The translations under genes were made by a program, and so were the position numbers. This document shows, one piece after another, positions 58,773 through 64,000 of a stretch of DNA of 64,000 bases. The stretch's first letter is position 1. Each line of letters opens with the position of its first letter. The notes below the pieces were generated by a model. That model was not told the DNA's origin. It did no database searches and worked only from the letters and a program-made list of their open reading frames with translations. The stretch comes from Polyangiales bacterium (GTDB lineage Bacteria; Myxococcota_A; Polyangia; Polyangiales; Houyiibacteriaceae), in assembly GCA_045106895.1 (NCBI GenBank), contig JBGCFM010000001.1, positions 32,001-96,000 of the forward strand, given 5' to 3'.

Positions 58773-59573
58773 CTAGCCCGTCCACTGCCACGGAGCGCCC
58801 GGCACAATCTCCAAATGCAGGTGGTTCTGGTGCGCGTCGTTGTGGTGCGGCGAAACGACGACTTGGAAGAGCTCGCCGGCAATGGCGGCGCACACCGCCG
58901 CTCGTATCTCTGCGGACGCTTCGCTTTCGTCTTTCGGTGCACACATATTCGCACCGCGCTCTCGGTCGTCCCAGTCTTCGAGGATGTCGAAGGTGCGTCC
59001 ATCATCGAAGATGAAGAAACGTGGATCGAAGGCGAGCGCGCGGGCGTGGCCGCTTGGGCGCCCCGTCGTCTGCACGCGCGCGTTTGGCCGGAGTGCTGAG
59101 AGGTGTCGGATGCTGCGAACGCCGAGGGCTCGGAGACGCGGGGCCCAGGCGTGAATCGCCAGGAGCAAACGGCAGTCCATAATGCTGGAGAGCCGTCGCC
59201 CGCGAAATTCGATGGAGACGCCCGCGATGGGCCCCGTGGGAATCACCGCCGCCTCCACCGCCGCGTGCGTCGTGAACTCGACGGGGAGGCCTAGCTCCCG
59301 CACGCGTGCCGTGCACTCCGCCGGCTCCATCGTCGCGATGCCGCGTCCGCCTTCCGGCTCCGGGAGTGGCGCTCGGGTTTGCGCCGCGGGGGCGGTCTCG
59401 ACCTCTGAGGGTTCTTCGTGGGCGAAGTTCGCGGCTTCAACGCGCTGAGCGGGCGTTCGCCGTGGAGGCCGTCTCTGCGCATCCGCGGCGCAGGCGAGAA
59501 AGGAGAGGACCGCGGCGGATGTAATGAAACACGCTGCAAGAGTCCCTCGAATGTGCTTGGTCGAGCTGGTCAT
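58773..59573 (-). CDS. Extensin-like C-terminal family protein
   Basis: MDCRL, SGHARALAFD, SPHHNDAHQNHLHLE; signal peptide; start inferred. Confidence 0.75.
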   Translation of the reverse strand: MTSSTKHIRGTLAACFITSAAVLSFLACAADAQRRPPRRTPAQRVEAANFAHEEPSEVETAPAAQTRAPLPEPEGGRGIATMEPAECTARVRELGLPVEFTTHAAVEAAVIPTGPIAGVSIEFRGRRLSSIMDCRLLLAIHAWAPRLRALGVRSIRHLSALRPNARVQTTGRPSGHARALAFDPRFFIFDDGRTFDILEDWDDRERGANMCAPKDESEASAEIRAAVCAAIAGELFQVVVSPHHNDAHQNHLHLEIVPGAPWQWTG

Positions 59574-59665
59574 GGACACCGGAGTTGGACGCGAAAGAAA
59601 CGAATCGATTCGATCCCACCGAAAGTCGGCGAAAGTCGCGCACGGGCAGGCTATCATCGCCTCCA

Positions 59666-60712
59666 ATGGATGAAGCCACTCTTCTCGCGCTCCTCAAGAA
59701 AGGGTCGCAGTACCGAGCCAGCGATGTGCTCTTGAAGGTCGGGCAACCTCCGGCGTTTCGTGTAAACGGCGACCTCCACTACCTGCAGGGGGACAAGCTA
59801 AAACCAAGTCAGACGCAAGGTCTCGCGGGCATCATTCTCAAGCGCTCCCGATACAAGGGGGCCCTCGATGACCTGATGGAATACGACACGAGCTACGGTG
59901 TCGAGGGCGTCGGTCGCTACCGCGTGAACATCTACCGCCAGCGAGGGAGCATCGCGATGGCGCTACGTGCCATTCCGCTGAAAGTCCCGTCCTTCGCAGA
60001 CCTTCGCCTCCCGGCGTCGATCCAGACTTTGGCGGAGCAAGAGCGAGGCCTCATCCTTTGCGTCGGCGCCGCCGGCAACGGCAAGAGCACGACGCTCGCC
60101 GCCGTCGTCAACCACATCAACCAAACACGTCGCGCTCACGTGGTCACGATCGAGGACCCCATCGAGTATATGCACCAGGACAAGCTCGCGGCGATTTCAC
60201 AGCGCGAGATTGGACTGGATACGCCGAGTTTCGCCATGGCGCTTCGTGCAGCGCTCCGGCAGGACCCGGACGTCATTCTCGTCGGCGAGATTCGCGACGA
60301 AGAGACGATGGATATCGCCCTGAAGGCCGCCGAGACAGGTCACTTGGTGCTCTCCACGCTTCACACGCCTGATGTATCGCGCACCATCGGTCGTGTCCTC
60401 GCGCTCTCCGGCGGCGGCGCGGAGGCGGCGGCTTCAACACGAGAGCGTTTCGCCGACAACCTCAAGGGCATCGTCGCGCAACGCTTGCTGCCTACGGCGG
60501 ATAACAAGGGCCGAGTCGTCGCGGTTGAGGTCCTCGTGATGACGGGTACGGCGCGAGAGACCATCCGCCGGCCGGAGGGGAACTTGCCCCTCAAAGACGT
60601 CATGGAGCGGGGCGTGCATCCCTACGGAATGCAGACCTTCGAGATGGCGCTCAAGGACCTCGTACAGAACGGCCTCATCGACGTCGAGACGGCCCGCGCC
60701 GCCATGGGCTAA
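59666..60712 (+). CDS. PilT/PilU family ATPase paralog
   Basis: GAAGNGKSTT, TIEDPIEY, LRQDPDVILVGEIRD, ETGHLVLSTLHT; lacks AIRNLIRE. Confidence 0.9.
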   Translation: MDEATLLALLKKGSQYRASDVLLKVGQPPAFRVNGDLHYLQGDKLKPSQTQGLAGIILKRSRYKGALDDLMEYDTSYGVEGVGRYRVNIYRQRGSIAMALRAIPLKVPSFADLRLPASIQTLAEQERGLILCVGAAGNGKSTTLAAVVNHINQTRRAHVVTIEDPIEYMHQDKLAAISQREIGLDTPSFAMALRAALRQDPDVILVGEIRDEETMDIALKAAETGHLVLSTLHTPDVSRTIGRVLALSGGGAEAAASTRERFADNLKGIVAQRLLPTADNKGRVVAVEVLVMTGTARETIRRPEGNLPLKDVMERGVHPYGMQTFEMALKDLVQNGLIDVETARAAMG

Positions 60713-60723
60713 GGCTGTCCGCG

Positions 60724-63036
60724 TTAGCGGGACGTTTCCGACGCGCGGATACTCACCTCGATGGACTTGCTCGTCGGCGTGCGGCTCTCCGCGGCATAGC
60801 TCTCGAGAGGAACGAGTGGGTTGGCCTCGGGGAAATACGCGGCCAACGTACCGCGCGGGATGTCGTAAGGGACGAGAGCGAAGCCATGTATGTGGCGCTT
60901 CTCGCCGTTAAAATGGGACGTCAGATCCACAGGCTGAAGCGCTCGGAGGCCGCGGGAGTTCATGTCTTCGGCGTTCATGAAGACGATGCGTCGCCCGCCG
61001 TGGACCCCCCGATAGCGGTCACTCGTTCCGTAGATCGTCGTATTAAACTGGTCATGACTGCGCAGCGTCTGAAGGATAAAATGACCTCTGCGAACGCTAA
61101 AGGCGCTCATCGGCGCGGCGTCGAAGTTCGCTTTGTTCGTCGGCGTATTCCAGACCCGCTCGCGCGCCGCATTCGGCAAATAGAAGCCGGAGCCATCACG
61201 CACCCGGGTGTTGTAATTCTCGAAGCCTGGAACGACGGCTTCGATGGCGGAACGAATGCCGTCGTAGTTCGCAGCAAGCTCGCTCCAGCGGAAAGGCCCG
61301 ATGGTGTCACCGAGGCTCGCCGCCGCGATACCGCAGATGATGCTGACTTCCGAACGCAGATGAGGAGACGCCGGCGGAAGACGCCCCGCTGACGACTGAA
61401 CGATGCCCATCGAGTTCTCGCAGGAGACAATTTGAGGCTGACCGCCACTCGTGTCGCGCTCGGAACGCCCGAGGCACGGAAGAATAAGAGAGCGCTTGCC
61501 CGGACATAGGTGGGTGCGGTTGAGCTTCGTGCTGATGTGGCATGTAAGCGCCACCCGCGTCAGCGCCTCCGCGACGAAGTCCGTGTCCGGCGACGCCTGC
61601 AGGAAGTTCCCGCCGAGGGAAATGAACACGCGACATTCGCCGGCGTGCATGGCGCGAATCGCCGCAACGGTGTCGTGGCCGTGTTGGCGCGGAAAGGTAC
61701 GTTCGAAGGTCGCATCGAGTCGGTCAAAGAACGCGTCCGGCATCTTCTCACAGATGCCAACGGTCCGGTCGCCTTGCACGTTGCTGTGTCCGCGGACTGG
61801 ACAAAGACCCGCACCTTCGCGCCCGATCGCACCGAGCAGAAGATGAACATTGGTGACTTCTCGAATCGTCGCGACGGAGTTGTGATGCTGCGTCAGTCCC
61901 ATCGCCCAGCATGTAATGAGCTTGATTCGGGGCGCGGCGAGTCTCCCCGCGAGGGACTCGATCTGCGAACGTGCGATGCCGCTTTGCCCTTCAATGTCGG
62001 ACCACGTCGTCGCGCGGACACATGCTTCGTATGCCCCGAAGCCGTCGGTCTCTGAAGCGATGAAGTCGGCATCGAGGATGCCTCCGCGCTCATCTTCGAG
62101 TGCGAAGAGGGCTTTGGCGAGCCCACGAAAGAGCGCCATGTCGCCGTTGACGCGAACCGGGAGGTGCTCCGCCGAGAGGCGCTCGGCGCGCCCCATGAGC
62201 CCCTTCGCTTTTTGCGGGTTGGCGAAGGCGACGAGGCCCACTTCCTTGAGAGGGTTGATCGCGACCAAGTGCGCGCCGCGTCCCACGGCCCGCTCCAGTG
62301 TGGTCAACATTCGCGGGTGGTTGGTGCCCGGGTTTTGGCCCGCGCAAAGGATCACATCGGCGCCGGCGAGGTCGTCGAGGGACACCGTGCCTTTGCCGAT
62401 TCCGATGGCCTGACTCAGCGCGGTGCCGCTCGACTCGTGGCACATATTCGAACAGTCCGGCAGGTTGTTCGTACCCAGAGCCCGGGCAAAGAGCCCGTAT
62501 TGAAACGCAGCCTCATTTGAGGCGCGGCCCGAAGTGTAGAGAATCGCTTCGTCGGCGGACGTGAGGGATTGGCACTCCTCGGCAACGAGAGCGAACGCTT
62601 CATCCCAGGAGACCGCGCGGTAGTGACTCGCCCCTTCATCGAGCAAGAGTGGTTCGGCGAGGCGGCCTTGAGCGTCGTGCCAGACATCGGGGCGAGCGGA
62701 GAGTTCGGCGACGCTGTGCTTCTCGAAGAACGCGCCACCGATGGTCTTTTTCATCGCCTCAGACGCGACGGCCTTGGCGCCGTTCTCACAGAACTCTGCC
62801 ATCGGGCGTTCGCCATCGGGGTCCGGCCATGCGCAGCTGGGGCAGTCAAAACCATCCACCTGATTGAGGAGCCGGAGCGCGCGAACGCCCCGACCTGCCC
62901 CGGCACGGGAGAGAATGTGGTCGAAGCTCGAAAGCACAGCGGGAAGGCCAGCGGCCCATTCACTGGGACTCTCGAGGCGCAACGCGGCGAGGTCTTCTCT
63001 CGGCACGCGACCGCTCTTGTTCGAATCTTGGCTCAC
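60724..63036 (-). CDS. FdhF/YdeP family molybdopterin oxidoreductase
   Basis: GFDCPSCAWPD..EFCENGAKA, YTSGRASNE, NNLPDCSNMCHE, RGHSNVQGDR, LRSHDQFNTTIYG. Confidence 0.93.
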   Translation of the reverse strand: MSQDSNKSGRVPREDLAALRLESPSEWAAGLPAVLSSFDHILSRAGAGRGVRALRLLNQVDGFDCPSCAWPDPDGERPMAEFCENGAKAVASEAMKKTIGGAFFEKHSVAELSARPDVWHDAQGRLAEPLLLDEGASHYRAVSWDEAFALVAEECQSLTSADEAILYTSGRASNEAAFQYGLFARALGTNNLPDCSNMCHESSGTALSQAIGIGKGTVSLDDLAGADVILCAGQNPGTNHPRMLTTLERAVGRGAHLVAINPLKEVGLVAFANPQKAKGLMGRAERLSAEHLPVRVNGDMALFRGLAKALFALEDERGGILDADFIASETDGFGAYEACVRATTWSDIEGQSGIARSQIESLAGRLAAPRIKLITCWAMGLTQHHNSVATIREVTNVHLLLGAIGREGAGLCPVRGHSNVQGDRTVGICEKMPDAFFDRLDATFERTFPRQHGHDTVAAIRAMHAGECRVFISLGGNFLQASPDTDFVAEALTRVALTCHISTKLNRTHLCPGKRSLILPCLGRSERDTSGGQPQIVSCENSMGIVQSSAGRLPPASPHLRSEVSIICGIAAASLGDTIGPFRWSELAANYDGIRSAIEAVVPGFENYNTRVRDGSGFYLPNAARERVWNTPTNKANFDAAPMSAFSVRRGHFILQTLRSHDQFNTTIYGTSDRYRGVHGGRRIVFMNAEDMNSRGLRALQPVDLTSHFNGEKRHIHGFALVPYDIPRGTLAAYFPEANPLVPLESYAAESRTPTSKSIEVSIRASETSR

Positions 63037-63143
63037 AGGGGTTCCTTCGACGTCCTCTCTACCCTGTCAGACAGCATTGTCAGCTAGCAATGACGAATGC
63101 GCGGGGAACTTGACCTCGGGGCACCTCAGACCACAATGCCGAC

Positions 63144-63656
63144 GTGAGCACCGAAGCAGAATCCACCCCCGAAACCCCGAGCAAGAGCCGCGCGCCACTC
63201 ATCTTTGGCGTGGTCATCGCCGCGGTTCTCATCTTTATGGGCGGCTGGTTCATTGGCTATCGTGCGGTGACGCAGATGGAAGCGACGCTCGCGACTGAGC
63301 GGGCGACGTTCGCCGAGGAGCTTGAAACGGCTCAAACAGAAGCGAGCGCTGCCGCGACGGCGCAGGCACATGCGGAAGCCAACGCGATGATGCTCGCCGC
63401 GCGTCAGGGCCTGGCTCAAGCCGACGACGCGATCGTATCGGAGAACTTCGGCCTCGCCCGGGAGCATTTGGCGCGAACCCGCGCTCAGCTCGCGTCCGGT
63501 GGGGTGACTTTTGCCCCATTTGCCGAGCAAGCCGCCACCCTCGAGATCTTGAGCGGAGGGGATAGCACCGAAACTCGGGCCCAGATTCGAACCCTGGCTA
63601 CAAGCCTCGACGAGGCGATCGCGGAGACATTCGGGGCTCCGTCCACCAGCGAATAG
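63144..63656 (+). CDS. Hypothetical single-TM coiled-coil protein
   Basis: TM LIFGVVIAAVLIFMGGWFIGY followed by helical region. Confidence 0.65.
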   Translation: MSTEAESTPETPSKSRAPLIFGVVIAAVLIFMGGWFIGYRAVTQMEATLATERATFAEELETAQTEASAAATAQAHAEANAMMLAARQGLAQADDAIVSENFGLAREHLARTRAQLASGGVTFAPFAEQAATLEILSGGDSTETRAQIRTLATSLDEAIAETFGAPSTSE

Positions 63657-63744
63657 GGTTTTTCGGTCCAATACCCGGTCCTTCCCGTCCTGCTTCGGTG
63701 TATGCTCCCGCCCCAGTGCGCTCTCTATTCCCAGGTCTTTTGCC

Positions 63745-64000
63745 ATGATGGCGGTGCTCCCTCTTTGGTGCGCCAGCACCCTCGTGGCGTATCTCCTCGG
63801 CCAGTTGGTCCTCGGACCGAAGAGCGGCTTCGCGTCGCTTGTGATGCTGGGCGGCTTTGCCTCGGCAGCCTTGCTGGGCCTCGCGGGGCATCCCCTTCCG
63901 GGTATCGTCATCGGCGCGGTGAGCGGCGGCGTCTGTGGCGCTGCGCTCGTTCGGTGGGCCGGCACACTTCGATGGAGCGGACAGAGCGCTGAAGAACCAA
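63745..64000 (+). CDS. Small hydrophobic membrane protein (partial, runs off the window end)
   Basis: Manual translation MMAVLPLWCASTLVAYLLGQLVLG...GIVIGAVSGGVCGAALVRW, open to 64000. Confidence 0.45.
   Translation, partial: MMAVLPLWCASTLVAYLLGQLVLGPKSGFASLVMLGGFASAALLGLAGHPLPGIVIGAVSGGVCGAALVRWAGTLRWSGQSAEEP

Noticed and set aside
60724..63036. Selenocysteine formate dehydrogenase
   Set aside because: No in-frame TGA; the motifs match the Cys-containing YdeP subfamily.
63702..63992. 96-aa ORF in the track
   Set aside because: Arg/Gly-rich shadow-like sequence; the frame from 63745 gives a more plausible membrane protein.
1..64000. tRNA/rRNA genes, IS or prophage elements, defence systems
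   Set aside because: No cloverleaf/T-loop context, transposase, integrase or phage genes recognised. The mazG is the housekeeping tandem-domain type.

Overview
High-GC window of mostly housekeeping genes from a myxobacterium. Polyangiales/Sandaracinaceae-like is an inference from the TPR-PEGA/Ser-Thr kinase pair, FHA-zinc-ribbon proteins, HEAT and TIGR02996 proteins and pil genes. Recognisable genes: efp-epmA, mazG, TetR-holB-HEAT-tatD, a stand-alone rplC-rlmE pair, glnD, an amidase, purM-purN, pilT/pilC/pilS, trpD-trpC, mlaD, a DUF4266-DUF3570 cluster, uppP-manC-phosphomannomutase, hisB-H-A-F, an atypical Hsp70 with a J-domain protein, gyrA, a second PilT-family ATPase and a YdeP/FdhF oxidoreductase. 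I saw no rRNA, tRNA, CRISPR array or transposase. Most notable: (1) a TPR-PEGA protein plus membrane kinase lying between pilT and pilC, and a Met-rich tail ending in NPY/DPL shared by three unrelated exported proteins; (2) a 23-bp perfect inverted-repeat element upstream of purM; (3) GlnD with a degenerate HD domain; (4) a CX10CH cytochrome-like lipoprotein heading the DUF4266-DUF3570 operon; (5) EpmA retaining an OB-fold-like N-terminus; (6) rplC outside the S10 operon; (7) many apparently leaderless genes. All family calls come from motif recognition by eye, not database searches.
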